Of a stretch of DNA of 55,884 bases, positions 23,183 through 33,997 are shown in pieces (position 1 is the stretch's first letter; every line of letters begins with the position of its first letter). Both the position numbers and the translations under genes were made by a program. The notes beneath the pieces were generated by a model. The model saw nothing but the letters and a program-made list of their open reading frames with translations. It was not told where the DNA came from and did no database searches. Source of the stretch: Perkinsela sp. CCAP 1560/9 (Eukaryota > Protista > Euglenozoa: Kinetoplastea). The stretch spans positions 1-55,884 of the forward strand of contig CBFFSA010000050.1 in NCBI GenBank assembly GCA_965644495.1, written 5' to 3'.

Positions 23183-23567
23183 TACAATCCCCCCCTATAT
23201 AATATCCCCCCTGTATAATATTTAAAATATTACACAAATGCATGTAATTGTGTTGAGTGTAAGTCTAAATTTGCATAGTTGTAGTATTTAATATTTCCAA
23301 GCGCTTAGATTCATGTATCTGAGCCTCGTCAAAGCAAACCCGTTGAATTTATCAAACCAAGGCACGAAATCGCTAGTTAGGCGAGAAATCTCTAGTTCAT
23401 AGTTGGAAATTGTATTCTGCAGTTCATAAAATATCCGTGTCTCTCTTCTGTTCCCTGTGTTCCCGGAACAGAACCAGAGGTATGTTCCCGGAACCACAAC
23501 GTATGTATTTTCTGAAGATTTTTGAAAGTGTGCAATCTTCGCTGGATTTAACCAGCGGCAGTTAGTT

Positions 23568-24590
23568 GAGGGGCTGCGGGTACTTCGACCGAGACCGCAC
23601 CGAGACCGCACCGAGACCGCGGTTCGTATTTTCGGTGGGGAGAGATAGAAAAACAGCCAAAAGTTTACATTTGTTTTTATTTTTAAGTGGAATTTCGAAT
23701 TCGGTGTACGCTTCTAGCTATATTTTTCTTTGTTTCTTTCTCTGTATCATTTTCATCCTTTTTACTAACAACAGCGCGTTTTTCTTTTCCCGTAAACTTT
23801 TCTCCTAAATTTTTATGACTATCGAGAGCAATGACGCATTGCAAGAGCGATTGACTGCTCTTGAGCCTGAGACAAGTGCCGAAGACAAACTCTTCGATGT
23901 CATCAAGGCTTCGACGATCCGGGTCTTTACGAAGAGGCCCGACGTTTTCTCCAAGCCAACGTTTGGAGATAATTTTCTCCAGCCACGTTTGGAGATAAGC
24001 AATGTAGAGCTCAGTAGTAAAATGGATGAAATCGCAGGGCGCGTGTCACGCACGATGGACAACTTCCTACATGTTGCACGCTCTGTGTGTGGCATTGACT
24101 TGACCTCGTGCATCGTGACTCGCGTCCTGTTCCACTTGGTTGACCGCCGGGGCCATCTGCTTCTGAGCGTCCGCCCCCGGAGCGCGTACTTCCTTGGAGA
24201 GGCGACCGCCGATCTTGAAGCGTACCTTCAAGAAGACCCTCTCTTTTCCCCCCATCGCCAAGGTGAAGTGGGCGACTTTGTGGACAGCGTGTGACGCTCT
24301 GTTTCCGGGAAGCGGTCTCGCGTTTGCCAGCAGTGGCGTCAGCGCAAGCGGACCGCTTCTCGTCAAAATGAATCAAGCAGCGGGGCTGAAGTCTCACCAC
24401 CACCCCCATTTTCGATTCGATTAGTTTTTTCATTGAGATTTCCTCTCCAACAATGTCCGGATTCATGTAGCCTCGCCTTCGCCTTCTACTCCCCTGCCCC
24501 CACCCCCCACCCATTCCACACTTTCTGTTCTTGCACTGAGATAAGTTCGTACGCCGCACCGAGACCGCACCGAGACCGCGCAATTGCTAA
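23568..24590 (+). mobile_element. Harbinger-like element remnant with a broken ORF (23815-24424)
   Basis: GAGGGGCTGCGGG left end; direct ACCGAGACCGC repeats at ~23588-23620 and ~24555-24580; right tip missing. Confidence 0.55.
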
Positions 24591-24682
24591 TACCGTTACC
24601 CCCCTTACTTCGCCTCCCCCCTTACTTCACCACATTTAGTCACTGGACGAGTGGTGAAGTAAGAGGGGAGGTCAGATTATTC

Positions 24683-24803
24683 CCCAGGCAACTTACCACC
24701 TCTTTATGCAGCCGGAGGGGTGCACTGCAACCGACCGTTGCATCGGGGTAAGGCGAGGCAGAGCCACGCCCAGTGGTCTTCAAGGGGGGACACAGATGGC
24801 GCA
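24683..24803 (+). repeat. Internal fragment of the structured non-coding element
   Basis: Aligns by eye to ~48554-48672 (CCCAGGCAACT...GAGGCAGAGCCACGCCCAGTGGT..TCAAGGG). Confidence 0.75.
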
Positions 24804-25539
24804 CAAAGAACGATGCACAAAGGTTCTGGGTGCAATTTTCTTGGTGAAGACGACGCCGTCATACCGGGATTTTAAACCACAGTCCGGTTTAACATTCCGG
24901 GGGGGAATGTTAACGGCTACAGGAATACTACGTAGCTGCAGGAATGATAACGTTTGAAGATTGTCTTGGATTCGTCGACGCAACGGGTTGGTAGTAGCAC
25001 GTTGTTGCCGCCTTGTACTAACGAAAACAGGTAGAGGACTTCGGCCTCGAAACTTCCATATCTATCTGTGAAGGGTCTGGCTTGCCAGTGACCCATCGGA
25101 GCAATCCGGAGTTTATCTTTCGTCAATTTTTTCTTCCTTAGCTTCTTAATATTTTTTGCTTCAATCGGAAGATACAGAAATCATGTTACTGGAATTGTTA
25201 TTCTGCAGGACTTAAACGAGGGTTTCGGCATGTAATACACGTTAATAATACATTGTGCTTAGAGGGGTGACTCTGGGTGGGAGCGCCTAGGATCCCGCCT
25301 AGAATTTTTTCCAAATTTTTTCGTGAAAATTCCGAACTTGGCGGACCCATCCTGCGGATACCAGGGGGGGTCACCCCCACGTGGGGGTGGAAAATTTGTT
25401 CACTTTTTTTAATAATCGAGGGTACAGCGGTAGTTAAACAACCATTGCAATACACCTAACGTTAGCACCGTCCAACCGGTGGGCTTTTCTTGGTCGAATG
25501 AGCAGAGCGTTGTAGTATCGTACTGCGTCAGGGACGCCA

Positions 25540-25695
25540 CTCGCACCTTTATAACGCATAAAACTCGCACCCTTATAATGCATAATGCACCCTGATAACG
25601 CATATTGTCCCACTGATAATGCATATTGTCCCACTGATAATGCATAAAAACTCGCACCCTTATAACGCATAAAACTCGCACCTTTATAATGCATA
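25540..25695. repeat. Left subterminal tandem array of the IS30 element
   Basis: 20-25-bp units containing ATAAYGCAT, inverted relative to the right array. Confidence 0.85.
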
Positions 25696-26019
25696 TTTTT
25701 TGCGAGCCCCTCAAAAAAAAAGTGACCCCCCCTCGAAAAAGAAATCGACCCCATGAAAAAAAAGTGGAGGGGGGGAAATAAGTTAAAAAGAAAAAAAGTG
25801 GAGGGGAGAAACAAGTTAAAGAGCTCTAGTATTTCATTCCTGCTCCCGGTGAGGCCCCGGAGTTGCGAGACTCCTCCATACCCGACAACTACCACCTCCC
25901 CCCCCCTATTTAGCGTGGGTCGCGCGAGCGACCCCTGATAAATGGTGGGAAGGTGGTAGTTGTTTTGGGGAATATGAGAGGCCGAACGCACGGAGGGGCC
26001 GGCCGGGCCACTGAGTCTG

Positions 26020-26390
26020 ACGTTAGTGGGAAGCAATTTGCGAAGCCCAACTGTTCCATCATACCCGACCCCTAGGAAAGCCAAGACTTTGTTTACCTCG
26101 TCTGCAAGACAAAAATGTGTGTCGTTAGTGGGAAGCAATTTGCGAAGCCCAACCTTTCCATCATACCCAACCCCTAGAAAAGCCAAGACCTTGTTTACGC
26201 GTCTGCAAGACAAAAATGTGTGTCGTTAGTGGGAAGCAATTTGCGTAGCCCAATTTTTCCATCATACCCAATCCCTTACAAAGCCAAGGCGACTGAAGCC
26301 CAACTTTTCTGACGGAGCCCAACTTTTCTGACGGAGCCCAACTTTTCCACCATACCCAACCCGTAATAAAGCCAAGACCTTTTGAAGCCC
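26020..26390. repeat. ~100-bp tandem repeat (about 3 copies) 3' of the IS30 ORF
   Basis: GTTAGTGGGAAGCAATTTGCG(A/T)AGCCCAA...CCATCATACCC...AAAGCCAAG repeated. Confidence 0.8.
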
Positions 26391-26536
26391 ATACACGTAA
26401 AGAAAACGACATTCAATGCAAGAACGCACACGAAATGCAAATATCCAATGCAAACAAGGCCCGCGCAGTTTCATAGGAAATTAGTGTTTTATGACACAAT
26501 ATTTGAAGGAAGAAGCCCACGCACACGAAAAGAGAT

Positions 26537-27526
26537 TTAAGATTCCTGCGAGCTGTCCAAGATAATTTGCAGTCGAATTTTCCGTAATTTTTGCACAAAC
26601 TCAGATGGGGACTGGTCTTGGAGCACCACTTTCGGTCGAGCATTGATATTGCTGGATACGGAATCAAGGTCTGCTTGGGATATATTACTGAAAGGATGAG
26701 ACTTTGGGTAGAAATCTCTGACGACGCCGTTGAAAATTTCGACACCACCCTTTTCCCAGCTCGCGTACGGTTTACAAAAGTACGACGAGCAATTAAGGGA
26801 ACGATTTACGCTCTCGTGCTTCGCGAATTCCGTTCCATTATCATATGTGAGTGTCCGTACCAAAAAGCCTTGAAGGGCGCTGGTGATAGTCTCTGCTACA
26901 AGAGTCGATTTCTTGCATGATATCTTTTTCAGGATCCCGAAACGACTTTTGCGCTCAACCAGGGTAAGAAAGTATCCACTGTGGCGTGTACCTTCCATTA
27001 GATCACACTCCCAATCACCGTATCGTTCCCGATCGTTAACAATGCTGGGCCGCATATCAATATCTGTACGATTAGGGATGCTGGTACGATTAGTTCCACG
27101 ACGACGGCGTTGTCCACGAATTCCCCCCCGACGGAGGCAACTCTCCAAGTTTTGACTCTTATTCCGACTAATAAAACCATAAATTGCCTTCCGGGAAATG
27201 CTCACACCTTCTTTGCGCAAAGTAACAGATATCTGTTGAGGGCTAAAGCGCCGACGTAACAGAGATATGACACTCTCTTTGATGTCTCCTTCAATTTTGC
27301 TTGCACGGGACTTCCGTTTACTCATTGCTTGGTTGAGTGTTCGTTCAGCCCGCTTCGCGTTGTACACACCATCCCGATCTCCACGTGCCAGTTCTTGACT
27401 AAGAGACGACTGATTTACTTTCAGTTTTGAGGCAATTTGTGCTTGCGAAAAGTTTTCTTGATTGTGGAGAACCTCAATAAGTTTACGATCTTCTGAATTA
27501 ATACGTTTTCTAGATGTTTGACACAT
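26537..27526 (-). CDS. IS30-family DDE transposase, intact
   Basis: N-terminal HTH, FSPQQIS, AIYGFI, IDMRP..VNDRERYGDWECD, LVERKSRF, TYDNGTEF, YFCKPYASWEKGGVE, INARP; D-D33-E spacing. Confidence 0.95.
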   Translation of the reverse strand: MCQTSRKRINSEDRKLIEVLHNQENFSQAQIASKLKVNQSSLSQELARGDRDGVYNAKRAERTLNQAMSKRKSRASKIEGDIKESVISLLRRRFSPQQISVTLRKEGVSISRKAIYGFISRNKSQNLESCLRRGGIRGQRRRRGTNRTSIPNRTDIDMRPSIVNDRERYGDWECDLMEGTRHSGYFLTLVERKSRFGILKKISCKKSTLVAETITSALQGFLVRTLTYDNGTEFAKHESVNRSLNCSSYFCKPYASWEKGGVEIFNGVVRDFYPKSHPFSNISQADLDSVSSNINARPKVVLQDQSPSEFVQKLRKIRLQIILDSSQES

Positions 27527-27552
27527 GGTGCAAGAAAGACAAAAAAAATATT

Positions 27553-27860
27553 ATCCGGTTACATTATGCATTATCAGGTTACATTATGCGTTATCAGGTT
27601 ACATTATGCATTATCAGGTTACATTATGCGTTATCAGGTTACATTATGCGTTATGAGGTTACATTATGCGTTATCGGGTTACATTATGCATTATCAGGTT
27701 ACATTATGCATTATAAGGGTGCGAGTTACTATGCATTATAAGGGTGCGAGTTTTATGCGTTATCAAGGGCACAATATGCGTTATCAAGGGTACAATATGC
27801 GTCATCAGGTTACATTATGCATTATAAGGGTGCGAGTTTTATGCGTTATAAGGGTGCGTG
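27553..27860. repeat. Right subterminal tandem array of the IS30 element
   Basis: TTATCAGGTTACATTATGC(A/G) 20-mer about 8 times, then mixed 20-24-bp variants. Confidence 0.9.
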
Positions 27861-28993
27861 TGCCGACTCTGCTAGCTCACCCGCTAAAACTCCACTATCC
27901 CAGATTGTTGGTCCGGGACGGTCCTGGCTGGAGAAACGAAGTTTTTTGCGCCTCCACTCCTCCGGAGATGGGGTGGGATTCGACCACAGCTTGCACGAGT
28001 GCAGTCCCACCTCCACCGAGGTTACAAGGTTGGCACGCGAGAAAAGGTGGTGCTAACAACGTATTCCCGGAGATGGACATGCCACGCCGTCTTGCAACCC
28101 CGAAGGGGTTAAACCGGAATAGGAATGGACAAATCCCTGCAGCTAGCTGGAAGTCCTTACTTCGGAAGGCTAGGGTCGCCACACCCCATCACCGACGACA
28201 GCCCAACGCCAGTCTCCCTTTCTAACTCTTTGTCATGTTAGCCCAGCATGTTCCATCCAAGGGACATTGAGGATTCCGGACCTCTTTGAGAAAAAAACAT
28301 TTTACCAAGTCGGATCTCCGTAGAAGTTTACTGGGAGCGCCTGGGAGCGCCTGGGAGCGCCCGGGCAGGAGTCACCCCTCTTAGATTCGTTCCCCATTTC
28401 TAATTCAGAACGGTTTTCTTCCATGTCAATTTCATCATCGCTTTGGTCATAAAGTTGCGTCACAGCGTCTTGTAGTTCTAAAATTTAAATTGGTGTTCAA
28501 TAGTTTATGTTCTGCGACATCATTTAAATTTTACGATGTAAGAAATGTTCATGAGGGGAAAGTTAAAAACGCATGGGACATCGTAGACAAGCTAAAAGAG
28601 ACATAAAATATAGAATGTGCAACACGAGGTATTACAACACTCAAGAAAAGGAAATTATGCTCAATGCCGATAGCATAGTGTACTTCAATAATTTGAGGAT
28701 TTCCGAGAGAACTATAATTTGATCGAACTTTGAATCACTTCTTCACCCCCCTTACCTCACCACCCCCCTTACTTCACCACAAAGTACGGGTTTTGGCCCA
28801 AAAAGTGGGGACTAAGTAAGCGGGGGTAACGGTAAGTCCTTCGAGGGTATTTCAATCTATTTTTATCGATCTACACACTTCCTCTTCATCCTTTGCTTTC
28901 CTTTTCCATCCTCTCCCCTCCACTAACAACCCTCTTTTTACCCTTTTCCACCCTCTTTTTTACACCGTTCCCCCCCCGACACGCCACAAAAAA

Positions 28994-29686
28994 ATGTTCC
29001 TCCTCCACCCCATGCGCGACGTCGTCTGTACCCTCCCCCCCCATTTCACCCCCGCCTCCCCCCCTGACGCCCCCTCCCCCCTCCCCACCGCGGCCCTGCT
29101 GGACGCCCTCACCCGGCGCTACTGCGGCACCGTCGTTCCTTCCCTCGGTCTCGTGCTCGCGGTGCCCCGTGTCACCGGGGCCGGCCCCCCGCACGTGACC
29201 CCCACCGGCGGGGGGGCGTGGACGGCGGTGCGGTTCCTCCTCGCGGCCTTCGCCCCCGCCCCCGGGGCCGCGCTCTCGGGGGTGGTCGCGGGGCAGTCCC
29301 CGGGGGGGGGGCTGAGGCTGGTGCCCGGGGGGTGGGCGGGGGGAGGGGGGGAGGCCCCGGTGCGGATGGTGGTGAAGAGGGGGGGGCTACCGCGAGGGTG
29401 GTGGTGGCGGGAGGGGGGAGGGGGAGACACGAGTGACGGAGGGGGGAGGGAAGGGGGGTGGGGGGACGGGGGTCGTAGGGTCGTGGTGGGGGAGGTGGTG
29501 GGGGTGAGGGTGGTGGAGGTGGTGTATTTTAGGAGAAAGGGGGAGGGGGAGGGGGGGGAGAAAGGGGGGAGGGGAAGGGGTGGGGGGAGAGTACCGTTCC
29601 GACCGGGGATTTGTGATGATCCGGAGTTTGAGACGTCGGTGAGGGAGGTGTGGGGGATGGAGGTGAGAGGGGAGTTGATTGTGTAG
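28994..29686 (+). CDS. RPC25: RNA polymerase III subunit RPC25/RPC8 (Rpb7 family), compositionally distorted
   Basis: MFLL..MRDVV..PP.F, RRYCGTVVPSLGLVLAV, GGAWTAVRFLLAAFAP..G..LSG.V..QSP.G, GEVVGVRVVEV.Y follow the RPC25 motif order. Confidence 0.8.
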   Translation: MFLLHPMRDVVCTLPPHFTPASPPDAPSPLPTAALLDALTRRYCGTVVPSLGLVLAVPRVTGAGPPHVTPTGGGAWTAVRFLLAAFAPAPGAALSGVVAGQSPGGGLRLVPGGWAGGGGEAPVRMVVKRGGLPRGWWWREGGGGDTSDGGGREGGWGDGGRRVVVGEVVGVRVVEVVYFRRKGEGEGGEKGGRGRGGGRVPFRPGICDDPEFETSVREVWGMEVRGELIV

Positions 29687-29850
29687 GGTTGTGGGGAACG
29701 TTTGAGTGGGAAGGTGTGAAACGTTCGATTGTAAATGGAAATCCTAACGTTATGACATTGTACGTCGCATATTATTTCACCGAATGAGCACTTTTTACAA
29801 TATTTTGGCATTTCTTTCATTCATCCTACGCATTTGAAGAGTTAACGTTT

Positions 29851-30033
29851 ATGCTTGGCGGTTTCGTTCCACGGACATTCAGTCAATGTGCGAAAGATCC
29901 TGCATGGTGCCTAGGACTGTTTGCACTCACCCTATATTTTGCAGAAAACTACTGGCTCCGCATGAAGTTCAACTGCAACTCATTTTTGTACGACCCGCAC
30001 CGATACCAATATCAACCGAGATTCGAGCATTAG
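29851..30033 (+). CDS. ATPEG4: Small mitochondrial membrane protein resembling euglenozoan ATP synthase subunit ATPEG4
   Basis: LGGFVPR.FSQ...DP.W, one TM helix and YDPHRY match my recollection of Trypanosoma brucei ATPEG4; not verified by search. Confidence 0.7.
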   Translation: MLGGFVPRTFSQCAKDPAWCLGLFALTLYFAENYWLRMKFNCNSFLYDPHRYQYQPRFEH

Positions 30034-30474
30034 ATCGTAGACAGGCTGTGCTATGTTTCATGCAATTTTCTTGAACTATAACTATTGGATGTAGTCTTCT
30101 GAGGTAGTCTCATTAAAGGAACCTAATATTTTTTGGCGAACCAAACACCCGCCCTGCGAAGCAAGTCATGCATTACACCGGCACGGATTTTCATATTTTC
30201 GAGGAATGAACATCTTCGTTTTCTTAATGGTCGATTTTGTCAAACAACCTGATTTTTAAGTATGTGACTGATCAATCCATAATATTGCAAGTGGTTGGGT
30301 AGATCCGTTACCATGATACATATTGACGCACCCCTAAGCGTTTACGTAAGTAGAAACACCCAACAAAAGTACATGCATGTAATTTTGAGTTACAAGCCGT
30401 TTGTAAAGCACCACCATTCGATGTAGTATGATGCGATAGATTTTGTGTGGAATGTGATTATATTTATACAACAA

Positions 30475-31110
30475 ATGCAGCCTCCTTTCCAGGTGATAGT
30501 TCCCGGACACATTCCTTGCACTTCTGGTACTCCATCGGGACAGAATCGTTGGACCTATAGTCTTCCATCAGTAAGAGTACGTGAACTTGTCTGCTGCCTT
30601 ACAAGAGAGCCTTGCCTGCCGCAGGGCTACGTGTTTACGATTTATGTGCAGAGTTGTATGTCAGAAAATTTCTCCTTGGTAAGCTCTTTTCCAGGGTCGG
30701 GCTCGAAAACGATCGATTTTGCTTATGTTGGTTTTGTATCTGACAAGTGTCCATCAAAGATATTGCGTATGCCACGTAGTCACGTCGGAGAAGGGGCAAG
30801 TAGGTCAAATGTGACATTAGGGTTGTGTCTCGAATTAGAGAGTGTGGCATTAAATTTGGAGAGCGCGCATACAGAGGAAGTTGGTTCTCTATATGCTTCA
30901 ACAGTTCAACAGGCAGAAAAGCTAATAAATGATTTCGTCACGTTTGTTGGTTCTTTTGCGAGAAAAGCAACTGACGTTACGTCGGAAATGCTGCAGGGAA
31001 ATCTCGAGCTTGTGGTGTTTCCCATGAATCGACTGATGCACTGGATTGACACAACACTTAAAAAAATGTGGAATCTTAGTTCCGGGAGCAATAGCGCGTT
31101 GATTAATTAA
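30475..31110 (+). CDS. Hikeshi/OPI10-like (DUF775) protein
   Basis: FQVIVPG, LPQGY..TIY, FAYVGFVSDKCPSKI, TLGLCLE, AEKLINDFVTFVGSF, FPMNRLMHW follow the family pattern. Confidence 0.75.
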   Translation: MQPPFQVIVPGHIPCTSGTPSGQNRWTYSLPSVRVRELVCCLTREPCLPQGYVFTIYVQSCMSENFSLVSSFPGSGSKTIDFAYVGFVSDKCPSKILRMPRSHVGEGASRSNVTLGLCLELESVALNLESAHTEEVGSLYASTVQQAEKLINDFVTFVGSFARKATDVTSEMLQGNLELVVFPMNRLMHWIDTTLKKMWNLSSGSNSALIN

Positions 31111-32599
31111 GAAACTCTCTCGTACTAGGGAATTCCAAACTAAACTCTACCTGATGCTATATCCATCCAGGTATATCCACCTATATCCATGATAATTCTG
31201 TATACAGGTACATGTAGATATTCTGTATACAGGTAGTAGATGTAGTCCGTACTATTATTGGCGTGTCCTCCGTCTTAGGATTTCGCTTGCTAGGCTCCAT
31301 TACATTCCTCCAAGGAAAGAACCCACCTTCCTAGTCTGATTTCGTTTTTCTAAAAATGAGGGGGTGATACAAATTAACCCCCTACTTAATAGTCCAAATT
31401 GGCTGACTTTGAAGTAGGGAGGGCAGTATAGTAGATACTAGTGTTCGACTAAGCTAAGGAACATTGTTTTTAAATATTCAGCAATATTTATTAGTAAAGT
31501 GTGACCTTTTTTCCCTTTCCAATTGCGGTAATAAGGGCCTGATTTGCTCATTAAGAGGGTTGAAACCTTTCCAGGCGCTCCCTCAAAAAACGACCATTCC
31601 TGTCAAAATAGCCCTAGAGTATTAAAGGGGGTATCCGCACCCAAGCAACGATCACGAAAAAATTTAGGCGCTATATTAGGTCTTGTATGGCCTGTCCCCG
31701 GGGTTGCTGCCGTAGAGTGCGTGCCTGTTGCGATGGTAAGACACTATTGCGTGCCCCATTGAGGAAGTACCCTCTCGTCGCACCGCGAGAAGGACATAAC
31801 TTCTTGACAGTAGTTCTCCCAAGGATCCATCGTGTGGGTGGAGCCTTCGGTTGCAGTATCCGAACTCGTGGTAGTTCAACGCCTCTTCGCGGAACTCGTT
31901 CTCGATGGAGTCGTAGGCAAAGTAACTTTTCGGGGTTTCATGTATGGAAATATTCGATTGAATGGAAGAGGTTGTAATTTCAATCATGATGTGTTTTTTC
32001 ATGATTCTTCTGCTTCTCGCTTTTCCGTTTCATGTACCTGCATGCATCGGCATGAGTATTCAGCACGTTTTACCTGTTCAATAGTTTCGTATCAAGGCGA
32101 GGCAATATATGGGCAAGATGCTTGTTTGATAGAAGGGCCACTTGTACGATATTTCTGAAGGAGGAAAGTATGGTTTTCAAGCCTTCCTTACTGACCTCGA
32201 CAGTAACTGATTTTACGGTGATCGAGATCGGTGTTCGTAATGTGGTCGAGATTTTAAGGGGTTGAGATCGGTATACTAGGACTCTTTTTCTGGCACTTTG
32301 TAGTTCTATTTCTATGGTTTTCACCTTTCCCGTGTTGAAATTTTGTTGTGGTCCCGTAGAATTTGCTACCATTAGAGAATTTGGTAGAAAAAAATCGAAA
32401 GTTGCTTCAGTTTCACCATCGATTCAATTCTCACTACTTCCGCTTTGGAGCGCAATGGAATTCTGAAGTTGTGACCTCTTTAGTTGTTTTCTTTGAAAAA
32501 AATGTCATTTTTTTCGTCCACGGTACCGTGACACCTATTCAGTATAGAAGAAAATTTCTATATCATAGAACAGAAGTACACAAATAGAAAAGCCATTCA

Positions 32600-33499
32600 A
32601 TGAAACCGTGTGGGTGTCGTCTTCGCCCACGAGTCCCTGGATGGAAGAGCTCTGTAACCACAACCACGCGAGACGCGAAATGGGTTCACTTACAACAAAT
32701 GAAAAACACAAGCGAGGACATTTCCACCGCTGAGATCACAATTCGTGGTCGACCCCGACCACTCTTCGGGGAGGAAATAGGACGAATGTCGAATAGAATT
32801 CCTTTGGACACATCTCAAGAAAATAGCGGAAACAACGAAAAATCGAATTCCCTCACTACCCCTTCCACATCAGATTCCTTACTCCGAGCGGCACACTACG
32901 AAGCATTGGCCGAAATGCGAGCTCGGCCTGAAACCCACTCGGTGAGAACCAATCCTTTTCTCTCCGAGCGCTGTGACAAATCAACTGGGTTTCACCCCCA
33001 CGATCACCCCTTGTTATGTGATCTCGACATTCACCAGGACGCGGCCATGTATGGCACCGGCAGTACCTTTGTTGAAAACATACAAAAAGTACGGCAGCTG
33101 ATTGTGAACCATAAAAAATGGGAACTCAGCGAGCAGAGCTATAAAATAGCTTTGGCGCTTGTCCAATGTGGCTTTGTCGTTACTCTCTATTCGATTTGGA
33201 AACAAACCGCGTTATTGGATTTGTTACTCCATTCGTATGATGATTTTGTGTATCATTTGGAGAAAAAGGAAAAAGAAGCGGAATCTCAACGACAGAAAGC
33301 GCAGGAAAAAGTAAGTGACGTGCTGAATGTGAGAGCGCAATTCAATAAGCAAAGAATGAAGGAGAGGGAAATTGAAGAATTGCAAACGGAACTACGTAGA
33401 GCGCTTCTTCCAACGAGTGAGGATTATCATTCAATTGTTCGTGAGCGTATGCGTAGGTACCATGAGAGAAAACATCACGGGCTCCTGTATCCTGTTTGA
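32600..33499 (+). CDS. Hypothetical membrane protein, possibly mitochondrial
   Basis: 299-aa ORF co-oriented with host genes; Arg-rich N-terminus, one hydrophobic segment, coiled-coil C-terminus. Confidence 0.65.
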   Translation: MKPCGCRLRPRVPGWKSSVTTTTRDAKWVHLQQMKNTSEDISTAEITIRGRPRPLFGEEIGRMSNRIPLDTSQENSGNNEKSNSLTTPSTSDSLLRAAHYEALAEMRARPETHSVRTNPFLSERCDKSTGFHPHDHPLLCDLDIHQDAAMYGTGSTFVENIQKVRQLIVNHKKWELSEQSYKIALALVQCGFVVTLYSIWKQTALLDLLLHSYDDFVYHLEKKEKEAESQRQKAQEKVSDVLNVRAQFNKQRMKEREIEELQTELRRALLPTSEDYHSIVRERMRRYHERKHHGLLYPV

Positions 33500-33997
33500 C
33501 GAGCGAAATACGAGAAATAAAGTTGCGTCGCTGGCGTGCGCAGTGACATGTGCGACTGTACGATCGACCTCTGCAAAGAACAAGATCTGCTCCTTCAGTT
33601 GATTACGACGAACGTAGTCAGGCGAAACCTCAAAGCAACTTTGAAACGGTAGTTTGAAACCAGAGTTGATTTTGCTTGCCAATGAGCCTCCATTGACCGC
33701 GGTTGAAACAATCAAAGTTCCAATCCTCTAGGTTCATTTTACCTATCAAAGAACCACAGATGGACTTGACAATCTGGAGGCCTACATTTCCATGTAACAA
33801 GTTCGCAAGAAAGGATCTTAACCACTTTTTGATCTCATTCGTCAATGCGAAAAAATTATTTTAAGGGCAGCTCTTAAAATCTACGTTACGTCAGAATTTA
33901 TGGCGAATTAGGTAGGTAGGTAGTAATAATTTAGCCCAGTTTGTGAATACCGTATTTCATTTTTTTAATTCCATTATACACTCCCGACTAATTAAAA

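Larger units (their letters stand above)
25536..27864 (-). mobile_element. IS30-family transposon with long TIRs and subterminal arrays (inner layer)
   Basis: ~50-bp TIRs G(C/G)CAC(T/A)CGCACC(C/T)TTATAACGCATAAAACTCGCACCCTTATAATGCATAATG; GAC duplicated at 25533-25535 and 27865-27867; intact IS30 ORF inside. Confidence 0.85.
25262..28380. mobile_element. Harbinger-like non-autonomous element (middle layer)
   Basis: TIR GAGGGGTGACTC, TSD TTA, direct GGGAGCGCCT repeats at both ends. Confidence 0.85.
24593..28832. mobile_element. pogo-like non-autonomous element (outer layer of the nest)
   Basis: TA|CCGTTACCCCC..TTACTT ... AAGTAAGCGGGGGTAACGG|TA; internal CCCCCTTACTTCACCAC repeats near both ends. 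Confidence 0.8.

Noticed and set aside
26020-26390. Possible CRISPR-like repeat-spacer array
   Set aside because: The whole ~100-bp unit is duplicated; there are no variable spacers
27553-27860. Possible CRISPR array
   Set aside because: Units are contiguous tandem repeats without unique spacers, no cas genes, and the array is mirrored at the other end of the IS30 element
27518-28225. 235-aa ORF, and the 259-aa ORF at 25434-26213
   Set aside because: Frames stay open because they run through stop-free tandem repeats; no protein family signal
29119-29820. 233-aa Pro-rich antisense ORF
   Set aside because: Shadow of the G-rich half of RPC25; the extreme composition suppresses stops
31676-32372. 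Short minus-strand ORFs between host genes
   Set aside because: No recognisable motifs; they follow a lone Harbinger-like end at 31555 and may be decayed TE sequence
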